Shown piece after piece: positions 13,802 to 28,452 of a DNA stretch of 64,000 nucleotides (position 1 is its first letter; each line of letters opens with the position of its first letter). The position numbers and the translations under genes are program-made. The notes under the pieces were generated by a model, which was not told where the DNA came from, ran no database searches, and worked only from the letters and a program-made list of their open reading frames with translations. Source of the stretch: Eledone cirrhosa (taxonomy: Eukaryota); the NCBI GenBank assembly GCA_964016885.1, contig OZ024741.1, positions 257,052,001-257,116,000 of the forward strand, given 5' to 3'.

Positions 13802-15694
13802 GTTTCGCTTTACGAATGTTTCGACTTACGAGTGTTTCGACTTACGAGTGTTTCGACTTACGGGTGTTTCGACTTACGAGTGTTTCGACATACGAGTGTT
13901 CTGACTACGAGTGTTCTGACTTACGGGTGCTCTGACTTACGAGTGTTTCGACTTACGAGTGTTTCGACTTACGAGTGTTTCGACTTACGAGTGTTTCGGC
14001 TTACGAGTGTTTCGACTTACTAATGTTTTTACTTACGAGTGTTTCGGTGTACGAGTGTTTCGACTTAAGGATGTTTCGACTTACGAGTGTTTCGACTTAC
14101 GAGTGTTTTGGCTTACGTGAGTTTCGACTTAAGAGTGTTCTGATTTACGAGTGTTCTGACTTGCGGGTGTTCTGATTTACGAGTGTTCCGACTTACGAGT
14201 GTTTCGGCTTATGAGTGTTTCGACTTACGAGTGTTTCGGCTTACGAGTGTTTCGACTTATGGGCGTTTCGACTTACGAGTGTTTTTACTTACGGTGTTTC
14301 GGCTTACGAGTGCTTCGACATACGAGTGTTTTGACTTACGTGTGTTTCGACTTACGAGTGTTTTGACTTACGAATGTTTTGACTTACGAGTGTTTCGGCG
14401 TACGAGAGTTTTGACTTACGAGTGTTTCTACTTACGAGTGTTTCGACTTACGAGTGTTTTGACTTACGAATGTTTTGACTTACGGGTGTTTCGGCTTACG
14501 AGTGTTTCGACTTACGAGTCTTTCGGCTTACGAGTGTTTCGACTTACTAATGTTTTTACTTACGAGTGTTTCGGCGTACGAGTGTTTCGACTTACGAGTG
14601 TTTCGGCTTACGAGTGTTTCGACTTACTAATGTTTTTACTTACGAGTGTTTCGGCGTACGAGTGTTTCGACTTACGAGTGTTTTTACTTAAGGGTGTTTC
14701 GACTTACGTGTATTTTTGGCTTACGAGTGTTTCGACTTACGAGTGTTTTGACTTACGAGTGTTCTGATTTACGGATGTTTCGACATACGAGTGTTTTGAC
14801 TTACGATGTTTCGACTTACGAGTGTTTCGACTTACGAGTGTTTCGACTTACGGGTGTTTCGACTTACGAGTGTTTCAACTTACGAGTGTTTCGACTTACG
14901 AATGTTTCGACTTACGGGTGTTTCGGCTTACGAGTGTTTCGACTTACGAGTGTTCTGACTTACGAGTGTTCTGACTTACGAGTGTTCCGGCTTACGAGTT
15001 TTTCGACTTACGAGTGTTTCGACTTACGAGTGTTTCGACTTACGAGTGTTTCGGCTTACGAGTGGTTTGACTTACGAGTGTTCTGACTACGAGTGTTCTG
15101 ACTTACGAATGTTTCGGCTTATGAGTGTTTCGACTTACGAGTGTTTCGGTTTATGAGTGTTTCGACTTACGAGTGTTTCGGCTTACGAGTGTTTGGACCT
15201 ACGAGTGTTTCGACTTACGGGTGTTTCGACTTACGAGTGTTTCGTCTACGAGTGTTTCGGCTTACGAGTGTTTCGACATACGGGTGATTCGACTTACGGT
15301 GTTTCGGCTTACGAGTGTTTCGACTTACGAGTGTTCTGACTTACGAGTGTTCTGACTTATGAGTGTTCTGACTTACGAGTGTTCCGACTTACGAGTGTTT
15401 CGGCTTACGAGTGTTTCGACTTATGAGTGTTTTGACTTACGGTGTTTCGGCTTACGAGTGTTTCGACTTACGAGTGTTTTGACTTACTGGTGTTTTGACA
15501 TACGAGTGTTTCGATACGAGTGTTTCGACTTACGAGTGTTCTGACTTACGAGTGTTCTGACTTACGAGTGTTCTGACTTACGAGTGTTCTAACTTAAGAG
15601 TGTTCTGACTTACGAGTGTTCTGACTTACGAGTGTTCCGACTTACGAGTGTTTCGGCTCACGAGTGTTTCGGCTTACGAGTGTTTCGACTTACG

Positions 15695-15764
15695 AAAATA
15701 ACAAATAGACGCGGTTTCAAATCTCTATGCTTTTCAAATTCAGTACATTAATCTTTATTCATAC
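15695..15764 (+). repeat. 70-bp spacer, copy 4 (type A, TTCATAC end)
   Basis: Same haplotype as copy 1. Confidence 0.97.
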
Positions 15765-18091
15765 GTTTCGCTTTACGAGTGTTTCGACTTACGAGTGTTT
15801 CGACTTACGAGTGTTTCGGCTTACGAGTGTTTTGACTTACGAGTGTTTTGACTTACATGTGTTTCGACTTACGCGTGTTTCGACTTACGAGTGTTTCGAC
15901 TTGCGAGTGTTTCGACTACGGGTGTTTCGACTTACGAATGTTTTGGCTTACGGATGTTTTGACTTACGGGTGTTTCGGCTTACGAGTGTTTCGACTTACG
16001 AGTGTTCTGACTTACGAGTGTTCTGACTTACGAGTGTTCTGACTTACGAGTGTTCCGACTTACGAGTGTTTCGACTTAAGAGTGTTTCGGATTACGAGTG
16101 CTTCGACTTACGAGTGTTTCGGCTTACGAGTGTTTCGACTTACTAATGTTTTTACTTACGAGTGTTTCGGCGTACGAGTGTTTCGACTTACGAGTGTTTC
16201 GACTTACGGGTGTTTTGACTTACGGGTGTTTCGGCTTACGAGTGTTTCGACTTACGAGTGTTTTGACTTAAGGGTGTTTCGACTTACGAGTATTTTTGGC
16301 TTACGAGTGTTTCGACTTACGAGTGTTTTGACTTACGAGTGTTCTAATTTACGGATGTTTCGACATACGAGTGTTTTGACTTACGAGTGTTTCGACTTAT
16401 GAGTGTTTCGACTTACGAGTGTTTCGGCTTACGAGTGGTTTGACTTACGAGTGTTCTGACTACGAGTGTTTTGACTTACGAGTGTTTCGGCTTATGAGTG
16501 TTTCGACTTACGAGTGTTTCGGTTTACGAGTGTTTCGACTTACGAGTGTTTCGACTTACGAGTGTTTCGACTTACGAGTGATTCGACCACGAGTATTTCG
16601 ACTTACGAGTGTTTCGGCTTACGAGTGTTTCGACATACGGGTGTTTCGACTTACGATGTTTCGGCTTACGAGTGTTTCGACTTACGAGTGTTCTGACTTA
16701 CGGGTGTTTCGACTTACTGGTGTTTCGACTTAAGAGTGTTTCGACTTACGAGCGCTTCGACTTACGAGTGTTCTGACTTACGAGTGTTCCGACTTACGAG
16801 TGTTTCGGCTTACGAGTGTTTCGGCTTACTAATGTTTTTACTTACGAGTGTTTCGGTGTACGAGTGTTTCGACTTAAGGATGTTTCGACTTACGAGTGTT
16901 TCGACTTACGAGTGTTTCGACTTACGAGTGTTTCGACTTACGAGTTTTTTGGCTTACGAAGGTTTTGACTTACGGGTGTTTCGACTTACGGGTGTTTCGG
17001 CTTACGAGTGTTTCGACTTACGAGTGTTTTGACTTACGAGTGTTCTGACTTACGAGTGTTCCGACTTACGAGTGTTCCGACTTACGAGTGTTTCGGCTTA
17101 AGAGTGTTTCGGCTTACGAATGTTTCGGCTTACGAGTGTTTTGACTTACGAGTGTTCTGACTACGAGTGTTCTGACTTACGGGTGTTCTGACTTACGAGT
17201 GTTCCGACTTACGAGAGTTTCGGCTAATGAGTGTTTCGACTTACGGACGTTTCGACTTACGGGTGTTTCGACTTACGAGTGTTTTGACTTACGAGTGTTC
17301 TGACTTACGAGTGTTCTGACTTACGAGTGTTCCGACTTACGACTGTTTCGACTTACGAGTGTTTTGACTTACGAGTGTTCCGACTTACGATTGTTTCGGC
17401 TTACGGGTGTTTCGACGTACGAGTATTTTTGGCTTACGAGTGTTTCGACTTACGAGTGTTTTGAATTACGATTGTTTCGGCTTACGAGTGTTTCGACTTA
17501 CGAGTATTTCGACTTACGAGTTTTTTTACTTACGGTGTTTCGGCTGACGAGTGTTTCGACTTATGAGTGTTTCGACTTACGAGTGTTCTGACTTACGAGT
17601 GTTCTGACTTGCGAGTGTTCCGACTTACGAGTGTTTCGGCTTACGAGTGTTTCGACATACGAGTGTTTTGACTTACGGATGTTTCGACTTACGGGTGTTT
17701 CGACTTACGAGTGTTTCGACTTACGAGTGTTCTGACTGCGAGTGTTCTGACTTACGGGTGTTTCGACTTACGTGTGTTTCGACTTACGAGTGTTCCGACC
17801 TACGAGGTTTTCAGCTTACGGGTGTTCCGGCTTATGAGTATTTTCGGCTTACGTGTGTTTCGACTTACGAGTGTTTTGACTTACGATTGTTTCGGCTTAC
17901 GAGTGTTTCGACTTACGAGTGTTTCGACTTACGAGTGTTTTGACTTACGGGTGTATTGACATACGAGTGTTTCGACACGAGTGTTCTGACTTAAGAGTGT
18001 TCTGACTTACGAGTGTTCTGACTTACGAGTGTTCTGACTTACGAGTGTTCTGACTTACGAGTGTTCTGACTTACGAGTGTTTCGACTTACG

Positions 18092-18161
18092 AAAATAACA
18101 AATAGACGCGGTTTCAAATCTCTATGCTTTTCAAGTTCATTACATTAATCTTTATTTATAC
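18092..18161 (+). repeat. 70-bp spacer, copy 5 (type B)
   Basis: Same haplotype as copy 2. Confidence 0.97.
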
Positions 18162-21100
18162 GTTTCGCTTTACGAATGTTTCGACTTACGAGTGTTTCGA
18201 CTTACGAGTGTTTCCACTTACGAGTGTTCTGACTTACGAGTGTTCTGACTTACGAGTGTTCCGACTTACGAGTGTTTCGATTTACGAGTGTTTTGGCTTA
18301 CGAGTGTTTTGACTTAAGGGTGTTTCGACTTACGAGTGTTTCGATACGAGTGTTTCGACTTACGAGTGTTTCGGCATACGAGTGTTTCGACTTACGAGTG
18401 TTTCGACTTACGAGTGTTCTGATTTACGGATGTTTCGACATACGAGTGTTTCGACTTACGATTGTTTCGACTTACGAGTGTTTTGACATACGGGTGTTTT
18501 GACATACGAGTGTTTCGATACGAGTGTTTCGACTTACGAGTGTTCTGACTTACGAGTGTTCTGACTTACGAGTGTTCTGACTTACGAGTGTTCTGACTTA
18601 CGAGTGTTCCGACTTACGAGTGTTCCGACTTACGAGTGTTCTGACTTACGAGTGTTCTGACTTACGAGTGTTCCGGCTTACGAGTTTTTCGACTTACGAG
18701 TGTTTCGACTTACGAGTGTTTCGGCTTACAAGTGTTTCGGCTTACGAGTGGTTTGACTTACGAGTGTTCTGACTACGAGTGTTCTGTCTTACGAGTGTTT
18801 CGACTTACGAGTGTTTCGGCTTATGAGTGTTTCGACTTACGAGTGTTTCGGCTTACGAGTGTTTCGACTTACGAGTGTTTCGACTTACGGGTGTTTCGAC
18901 TTACGAGTGTTTCGGCTTACGAGTGTTTCGACTTATGGGTGTTTCGACTTACGAGTGTTTTTACTTACGGTGTTTCGGCTTACGAGTGTTTCGACATACG
19001 AGTGTTTTGACTTACGGGTGTTTCGACTTACGAGTGTTTCGACTTACGAATGTTTTGACTTACGGGTGTTTCGGCTTACGAGTGTTTCGATTTATGAGTG
19101 TTTCGGCTTACGAGTGTTTCGACTTACTAATGTTTTTACTTACGAGTGTTTCGGCGTACGAGAGTTTTGACTTACGAGTGTTTCTACTTACGAGTGTTTC
19201 GACTTACGAGTGTTTTGACTTACGAATGTTTTGACTTACGGGTGTTTCGGCTTACGAGTGTTTCGACTTACGAGTCTTTCGGCTTACGAGTGTTTCTACT
19301 TACTAATGTTTTTACTTACGAGTGTTTCGGCGTACGAGTGTTTCGACTTACGAGTGTTTCGACTTACGGGTGTTTTGACTTACGGGTGTTTCGGCTTACG
19401 AGTGTTTCGACTTACGAGTGTTTTGACTTAAGGGTGTTTCGACTTACGAGTATTTTTGGCTTACGAGTGTTTCGACTTACGAGTGTTTTGACTTACGAGT
19501 GTTCTAATTTACGGATGTTTCGACATACGAGTGTTTTGACTTACGAGTGTTTCGACTTATGAGTGTTTCGACTTACGAGTGTTTCGGCTTACGAGTGGTT
19601 TGACTTACGAGTGTTCTGACTACGAGTGTTTTGACTTACGAGTTTTTCGGCTTATGAGTGTTTCGACTTACGAGTGTTTCGGCTTATGAGTGTTTCGACT
19701 TACGTGTGTTTCGGTTTACGAGTGTTTCGACTTACGAGTGTTTCGACTTACGGGTGTTTCGACTTACGAGTGTTTCGACTACGAGTGTTTCGACTTACGA
19801 GTGTTTCGGCTTATGAGTGTTTCGACATACGGGTGTTTCGACTTACGATGTTTCGGCTTACGAGTGTTTCGACTTACGAGTATTCTGACTTACGGGTGTT
19901 TCGACTTACGGGTGTTTCGACTTAAGAGTGTTTCGACTTACGAGCGCTTCGACTTACGAGTGTTCTGACTTACGAGTGTTCCGACTTACGAGTGTTTCGG
20001 CTTACGAGTGTTTCGACTTACGAGTGTTCCGGCTTACGCGTGTTTCGACTTACGAGTGTTTCGGCTTATGAGTGTTTCGACTTACGAGTGCTTCGGCTTA
20101 CGAGTGTTTCGACTTACGAGTGTTTCGGCTTACGAGAGTTTCGACTTACGAATGTTTTGGCTTACGAGTGTTTCGGCTTACGAGTGTTTCGACTTACGGG
20201 TGTTTCGACTTACGGGTGTTCCGACTTAAGAGTGATTCGACTTACGAGCGCTTCGACTTACGAGTGTTCCGACTTACGAGTGTTTCTGCTTACGAGTGTT
20301 TCGACTTACGAGTGTTTCGGCTTACAAGTGTTTCGGCTTACGAGTGGTTTGACTTACGAGTGTTCTGACTACGAGTGTTCTGTCTTACGAGTGTTTCGAC
20401 TTACGAGTGTTTCGGCTTATGAGTGTTTCGACTCACGAGTGTTTCGGCTTAAGAGTGTTTCGACTTACGAGTGTTTCGACTTACGGGTGTTTCGACTTAC
20501 GAGTGTTTCGACTACGAATGTTTCGACTTACGAGTGTTTCGGCTTACGAGTGTTTCGACTTATGGGTGTTTCGACTTACGAGTGTTTTTACTTACGGTGT
20601 TTCGGCTTACGAGTGTTTCGACATACGAGTGTTTTGACTTACGGGTGTTTCGACTTACGAGTGTTTCGACTTACGAATGTTTTGACTTACGGGTGTTTCG
20701 GCTTACGATTGTTTCGATTTATGAGTGTTTCGGCTTACGAGTGTTTCCACTTACTAATGTTTTTACTTACGAGTGTTTCGGCGTACGAGAGTTTTGACTT
20801 ACGAGTGTTTCTACTTACGAGTGTTTCGACTTACGAGTGTTTTGACTTACGAATGTTTTGACTTACGGGTGTTTCGGCTTACGAGTGTTTCGACTTACGA
20901 GTCTTTCGGCTTACGAGTGTTTCGACTTACTAATGTTTTTACTTACGAGTGTTTCGGCGTACGAGTGTTTCGACTTACGAGTGTTTCGACTTACGGGTGT
21001 TTCGACTTACGGGTGTTCCGACTTAAGAGTGATTCGACTTACGGGCGCTTCGACTTACGAGTGTTCCGACTTACGAGTGTTTCTGCTTACGAGTGTTTCG

Positions 21101-24100
21101 ACTTACGAATGTTTCGACTTACGAGTGTTTCGGCTTACGAGTGTTTCGACTTACTAATGTTTTTACTTACGAGTGTTTCGGCGTACGAGTGTTTCGACTT
21201 ACGAGTGTTTCGGCTTACTAGTGTTTCGACTTACGAGTGTTTTTACTTAAGGGTGTTTCGACTTACGAGTATTTTTGGCTTACGAGTGTTTCGACTTACG
21301 AGTGTTTTGACTTACGAGTGTTCTGATTTACGAATGTTTCGACATACGAGTGTTTTGACTTACGATGTTTCGACTTACGAGTGTTTCGACCTACGAGTGT
21401 TTCGACTTACGAATGTTTCGACTTACGGGTGTTCCGGCTTACGAGTGTTTCGACTTACGAGTGTTCTGACTTACGAGTGTTCTGACTTACGAGTGTTCCG
21501 GCTTACGAGTTTTTCGACTTACGAGTGTTTCGACTTACGAGTGTTCCGACTTACGAGTGTTTCGGCTTACGAGTGTTTCGACTTACGAGTGTTCCGGCTT
21601 ACGCGTGTTTCGACTTACGAGTGTTTCGGCTTATGAGTGTTTCGACTTACGAGTGCTTCGGCTTACGAGTGTTTCGACTTACGAGTGTTTCGGCTTACGA
21701 GAGTTTCGACTTACGAATGTTTTGGCTTACGAGTGTTTCGGCTTACGAGTGTTTCGACTTACGGGTGTTTCGACTTACGGGTGTTCCGACTTAAGAGTGA
21801 TTCGACTTACGAGCGCTTCGACTTACGAGTGTTCCGACTTACGAGTGTTTCTGCTTACGAGTGTTTCGACTTACGAGTGTTTCGGCTTACAAGTGTTTCG
21901 GCTTACGAGTGGTTTGACTTACGAGTGTTCTGACTACGAGTGTTTCGACTTACGAGTGTTCCGGCTTACGCGTGTTTCGACTTACGAGTGTTTCGGCTTA
22001 TGAGTGTTTCGACTCACGAGTGTTTCGGCTTACGAGTGTTTCGACTTACGAGTGTTTCGACTTACGGGTGTTTCGACTTACGAGTGTTTCGACTACGAAT
22101 GTTTCGACTTACGAGTGTTTCGGCTTACGAGTGTTTCGACTTATGGGTGTTTCGACTTACGAGTGTTTTTACTTACGGTGTTTCGGCTTCCGAGTGTTTC
22201 GACATACGAGTGTTTTGACTTACGGGTGTTTCGACTTACGAATGTTTTGACTTACGGGTGTTTCGGCTTACGATTGTTTCGATTTATGAGTGTTTCGGCT
22301 TACGAGTGTTTCGACTTACTGTTTTTACTTACGAGTGTTTCGGCGTACGAGAGTTTTGACTTACGAGTGTTTCTACTTACGAGTGTTTCGACTTACGAGT
22401 GTTTTGACTTACGAATGTTTTGACTTACGGGTGTTTCGGCTTACGAGTGTTTCGACTTTCGAGTCTTTCGGCTTACGAGTGTTTCGACTTACTAATGTTT
22501 TTACTTACGAGTGTTTCGGCGTACGAGTGTTTCGACTTACGAGTGTTTCGACTTACGGGTGTTTTGACTTACGGGTGTTTCGGCTTACGAGTGTTTCGAC
22601 TTACGAGTGTTTTGACTTAAGGGTGTTTCGACTTACGAGTATTTTTGGCTTACGAGTGTTTCGACTTACGAGTGTTTTGACCTACGAGTGTTCTAATTTA
22701 CGGATGTTTCGACATACGAGTGTTTTGACTTACGAGTGTTTCGACTTATGAGTGTTTCGACTTACGAGTGTTTCGGCTTACGAGTGGTTTGACTTACGAG
22801 TGTTCTGACTACGAGTGTTTTGACTTACGAGTGTTTCGGCTTATGAGTGTTTCGACTTACGTGTGTTTCGGTTTACGAGTGTTTCGACTTACGAGTGTTT
22901 CGACTTACGGGTGTTTCGACTTACGAGTGTTTCGACTACGAGTGTTTCGACTTACGAGTGTTTCGGCTTACGAGTGTTTCGACATACGGGTGTTTCGACT
23001 TACGATGTTTCGGCTTACGAGTGTTTCGACTTACGAGTATTCTGACTTACGGGTGTTTCGACTTATGGGTGTTTCGACTTAAGAGTGTTTCGACTTACGA
23101 GCGCTTCGACTTACGAGTGTTCTGACTTACGAGTGTTCCGACTTACGAGTGTTTCGGCTTACGAGTGTTTCGACTTACGAGTGTTCCGGCTTACGCGTGT
23201 TTCGACTTACGAGTGTTTCGGCTTATGAGTGTTTCGACTTACGAGTGCTTCGGCTTACGAGTGTTTCGACTTACGAGTGTTTCGGCTTACGAGAGTTTCG
23301 ACTTACGAATGTTTTGGCTTACGAGTGTTTCGGCTTACGAGTGTTTCGACTTACGGGTGTTTCGACTTACGGGTGTTCCGACTTAAGAGTGATTCGACTT
23401 ACGGGCGCTTCGACTTACGAGTGTTCCGACTTACGAGTGTTTCTGCTTACGAGTGTTTCGACTTACGAATGTTTCGACTTACGAGTGTTTCGGCTTACGA
23501 GTGTTTCGACTTACTAATGTTTTTACTTACGAGTGTTTCGGCGTACGAGTGTTTCGACTTACGAGTGTTTCGGCTTACGAGTGTTTCGACTTACGAGTGT
23601 TTTTACTTAAGGGTGTTTCGACTTACGAGTATTTTTGGCTTACGAGTGTTTCGACTTACGAGTGTTTTGACTTACGAGTGTTCTGATTTACGAATGTTTC
23701 GACATACGAGTGTTTTGACTTACGATGTTTCGACTTACGAGTGTTTCGACTTACGAGTGTTCTGACTTAGGAGTGTTCTGACTTACGAGTGTTCCGGCTT
23801 ACGAGTTTTTCGACTTACGAGTGTTTCGACTTACGAGTGTTTCGACTTACGAGTGTTTCGGCTTACGAGTGGTTTGACTTACGAGTGTTCTGACTACGAG
23901 TGTTCTGACTTACGAGTGTTTCGGCTTATGAGTGTTTCGACTTACGAGTGTTTCGGTTTATGAGTGTTTCGACTTACGAGTGTTTCGGCTTACGAGTGTT
24001 TCGACTTACGAATGTTTCGACTTACGGGTGTTTCGACTTACGAGTGTTTCGTCTACGAGTGTTTCGACTTACGAGTGTTTCGGCTTACGAGTGTTTCGAC

Positions 24101-26387
24101 ATACGGGTGTTTCGACTTACGGTGTTTCGGCTTACGAGTGTTTCGACTTACGAGTGTTTTGACTTACGAGTGTTCTGACTTACGAGTGTTCCGACTTACG
24201 AGTGTTCCGACTTACGAGTGTTTCGGCTTACGAGTGTTTCGGCTTACGAGTGTTTCGGCTTACGAGTGTTTTGACTTACGAGTGTTCTGACTACGAGTGT
24301 TCTGACTTACGGGTGTTCTGACTTACGGTGTTCCGACTTACGAGTGTTTCGGCTAATGAGTGTTTCGACTTACGGGCGTTTCGACTTACGGGTGTTTCGA
24401 ATTACGAGTGTTTTGACTTACGAGTGTTCTGACTTACGAGTGTTTTGACTTACGAGTGTTCCGACTTACGAGTGTTTCGGCTTACGGGTGTTTCGACGTA
24501 CGAGTATTTTTGGCTTACGAGTGTTTCGAGTTACGAGTGTTTTGAATTACGATTGTTTTGGCTTACGAGTGTTTCGACTTACGAGTATTTCGACTTACGA
24601 GTTTTTTTACTTACGGTGTTTCGGCTTACGAGTGTTTCGACTTACGAGTGTTTCGACTTACGGGTGTTTTGACATACGAGTGTTTCGATATGAGTGCTCT
24701 GACTTACGAGTGTTCTGACTTATGAGTGTTCTGACTTACGAGTGTTCTGACTTACGGGTGTTCTGACTTACGTGTGTTCCGACTTACGAGTGTTTCAGCT
24801 ATGGGTGTTTCGACTTACGAGTGTTTCGACTTACGAATGTTTTGGCTTACGAGTGTTTCGGCTTACGTGTGTTTCGACTTACGAATGTTTTGGCTTACGA
24901 GTGTTTCGGCTTATGGGTGTTTCGACTTACGAGTGTTTCGACTTACGAGTGTTTTGACTTACGGTGTTTCGGCTTACAAGTTATTCGACATACGAGTGTT
25001 TCGACTTACGGGTGTTTCGACTTACGGGTGTTTCGACTTACGAGTGTTTCGACTTACGAGTGTTCTGACTTACGAGTGTTCTGACTTACGAGTGTTCTGA
25101 CTTACGAGTGTTCCGACTTACGAGTGTTCCGACTTACGAGTGTTTTGACTTACGAGTGTTCTGACTTACGAGTGTTCTGACTTACGAGTGTTCCGACTTA
25201 CGAGTGTTCCGACTTACGAGTGTTTCGGCTTACGAGTGTTTCGGCTTACTAATGTTTTCACTTACGAGTGTTTCGGTGTACGAGTGTTTCGACTTAAGGA
25301 TGTTTCGACTTACGAGTGTTTCGACTTACGAGTGTTTCGACTTACGAGTGTTTTGGCTTACGAATGTTTTTACTTACGGGTGTTTCGACTTACGGGTGTT
25401 TCGGCTTACGAGTGTTTCGACTTACGAGTGTTTTGACTTACGAGTGTTCTGACTTACGAGTGTTCCGACTTACGAGTGTTCCGACTTACGAGTGTTTCGG
25501 CTTACGAGTGTTTCGGCTTACGAGTGTTTCGGCTTACGAGTGTTTTGACTTACGAGTGTTCTGACTACGAGTGTTCTGACTTACGGGTGTTCTGACTTAC
25601 GAGTGTTCCGACTTACGAGTGTTTCGGCTAATGAGTGTTTCGACTTACGGGCGTTTCGACTTACGGGTGTTTCGACTTACGAGTGTTTTGACTTATGAGT
25701 GTTCAGACTTACGAGTGTTCTGACTTACGAGTGTTCCGACTTACGACTGTTTCGACTTACGAGTGTTTTGACTTACGAGTGTTCCGACTTACGATTGTTT
25801 CGGCTTACGGGTGTTTCGACGTACGAGTATTTTTGGCTTACGAGTGTTTCGACTTACGAGTGTTTTGAATTACGATTGTTTCGGCTTACGAGTGTTTCGA
25901 CTTACGAGTATTTCGACGTACGAGTTTTTTTTCCTTACGGTGTTTCGGCTTACGAGTGTTTCGACTTATGAGTGTTTCGACTTACGAGTGTTCTGACTTA
26001 CGAGTGTTCTGACTTGCGAGTGTTCCGACTTACGAGTGTTTCGGCTTACGAGTGTTTCGACATACGAGTGTTTTGACTTACGGATGTTTCGACTTACGGG
26101 TGTTTCGACTTACGAGTGTTTCGACTTACGAGTGTTCCGACCTACGAGGGTTTCAGCTTACGGGTGTTCCGGCTTATGAGTATTTTCGGCTTACGTGTGT
26201 TTCGACTTACGAGTGTTTTGACTTACGATTGTTTCGGCTTACGAGTGTTTCGACTTACGAGTGTTTCTACTTACGAGTGTTTTGACTTACGATTGTTTCG
26301 GCTTACGAGTGTTTCGACTTACGAGTGTTCTGACTTACGAGTGTTCTGACTTACGAGTGTTCTGACTTACGAGTGTTTCGACTTACG

Positions 26388-26457
26388 AAAATAACAAATA
26401 GACGCGGTTTCAAATCTGTATGCTTTTCAAGTTCATTACATTAATCTTTATTTATAC
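26388..26457 (+). repeat. 70-bp spacer, copy 6 (type B')
   Basis: Same haplotype as copy 3. Confidence 0.97.
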
Positions 26458-28382
26458 GTTTCGCTTTACGAATGTTTCGACTTACGAGTGTTTCGACTTA
26501 CGAGTGTTTCGACTTACGGGTGTTTCGACTTACGAGTGTTTCGACATACGAGTGTTCTGACTACGAGTGTTCTGACTTACGGGTGCTCTGACTTACGAGT
26601 GTTTCGACTTACGAGTGTTTCGACTTACGAGTGTTTCGACTTACGAGTGTTTCGGCTTACGAGTGTTTCGACTTACTAATGTTTTTACTTACGAGTGTTT
26701 CGGTGTACGAGTGTTTCGACTTAAGGATGTTTCGACTTACGAGTGTTTCGACTTACGAGTGTTTTGGCTTACGTGAGTTTCGACTTAAGAGTGTTCTGAT
26801 TTACGAGTGTTCTGACTTGCGGGTGTTCTGATTTACGAGTGTTCCGACTTACGAGTGTTTCGGCTTATGAGTGTTTCGACTTACGAGTGTTTCGGCTTAC
26901 GAGTGTTTCGACTTATGGGCGTTTCGACTTACGAGTGTTTTTACTTACGGTGTTTCGGCTTACGAGTGCTTCGACATACGAGTGTTTTGACTTACGTGTG
27001 TTTCGACTTACGAGTGTTTTGACTTACGAATGTTTTGACTTACGAGTGTTTCGGCGTACGAGAGTTTTGACTTACGAGTGTTTCTACTTACGAGTGTTTC
27101 GACTTACGAGTGTTTTGACTTACGAATGTTTTGACTTACGGGTGTTTCGGCTTACGAGTGTTTCGACTTACGAGTCTTTCGGCTTACGAGTGTTTCGACT
27201 TACTAATGTTTTTACTTACGAGTGTTTCGGCGTACGAGTGTTTCGACTTACGAGTGTTTCGGCTTACGAGTGTTTCGACTTACTAATGTTTTTACTTACG
27301 AGTGTTTCGGCGTACGAGTGTTTCGACTTACGAGTGTTTTTACTTAAGGGTGTTTCGACTTACGTGTATTTTTGGCTTACGAGTGTTTCGACTTACGAGT
27401 GTTTTGACTTACGAGTGTTCTGATTTACGGATGTTTCGACATACGAGTGTTTTGACTTACGATGTTTCGACTTACGAGTGTTTCGACTTACGAGTGTTTC
27501 GACTTACGGGTGTTTCGACTTACGAGTGTTTCAACTTACGAGTGTTTCGACTTACGAATGTTTCGACTTACGGGTGTTTCGGCTTACGAGTGTTTCGACT
27601 TACGAGTGTTCTGACTTACGAGTGTTCTGACTTACGAGTGTTCCGGCTTACGAGTTTTTCGACTTACGAGTGTTTCGACTTACGAGTGTTTCGACTTACG
27701 AGTGTTTCGGCTTACGAGTGGTTTGACTTACGAGTGTTCTGACTACGAGTGTTCTGACTTACGAGTGTTTCGGCTTATGATTGTTTCGACTTACGAGTGT
27801 TTCGGTTTATGAGTGTTTCGACTTACGAGTGTTTCGGCTTACGAGTGTTTCGACTTACGAGTGTTTCGACTTACGGGTGTTTCGACTTACGAGTGTTTCG
27901 TCTACGAGTGTTTCGGCTTACGAGTGTTTCGACATACGGGTGTTTCGACTTACGGTGTTTCGGCTTACGAGTGTTTCGACTTACGAGTGTTCTGACTTAC
28001 GAGTGTTCTGACTTATGAGTGTTCCGACTTACGAGTGTTTCGGCTTACGAGTGTTTCGGCTTACGAGTGTTTCGACTTACGAGTGTTTCGACTTACGAGT
28101 GTTTCGACTTATGAGTGTTTTGACTTACGGTGTTTCGGCTTACGAGTGTTTCGACTTACGAGTGTTTTGACTTACTGGTGTTTTGACATACGAGTGTTTC
28201 GATACGAGTGTTTCGACTTACGAGTGTTCTGACTTACGAGTGTTCTGACTTACGAGTGTTCTGACTTACGAGTGTTCTAACTTACGAGTGTTCTGACTTA
28301 CGAGTGTTCTGACTTACGAGTGTTCCGACTTACGAGTGTTTCGGCTCACGAGTGTTTCGGCTTACGAGTGTTTCGACTTACG

Positions 28383-28452
28383 AAAATAACAAATAGACGC
28401 GGTTTCAAATCTCTATGCTTTTCAAATTCAGTACATTAATCTTTACTTATAC
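28383..28452 (+). repeat. 70-bp spacer, copy 7 (type A, TTACTTATAC end)
   Basis: CAAATTCAGTAC with a CTTTACTTATAC end. Confidence 0.97.

Larger units (their letters stand above)
6822..20278 (+). repeat. Segmental duplication: about 6822-12339 copied at about 14807-20278 (offset ~7.95 kb)
   Basis: Spacers 7741/15695 and 10138/18092 both have offset 7954; ORF pairs give offsets of 7939-7986. Confidence 0.9.
93..24837 (+). repeat. Segmental duplication: about 93-6853 copied at about 18907-24837, with an 830-bp internal length difference
   Basis: Offset 18814 (332/19146, 1178/19992) changes to 17984 (3541/21525, 6461/24445). Confidence 0.9.
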
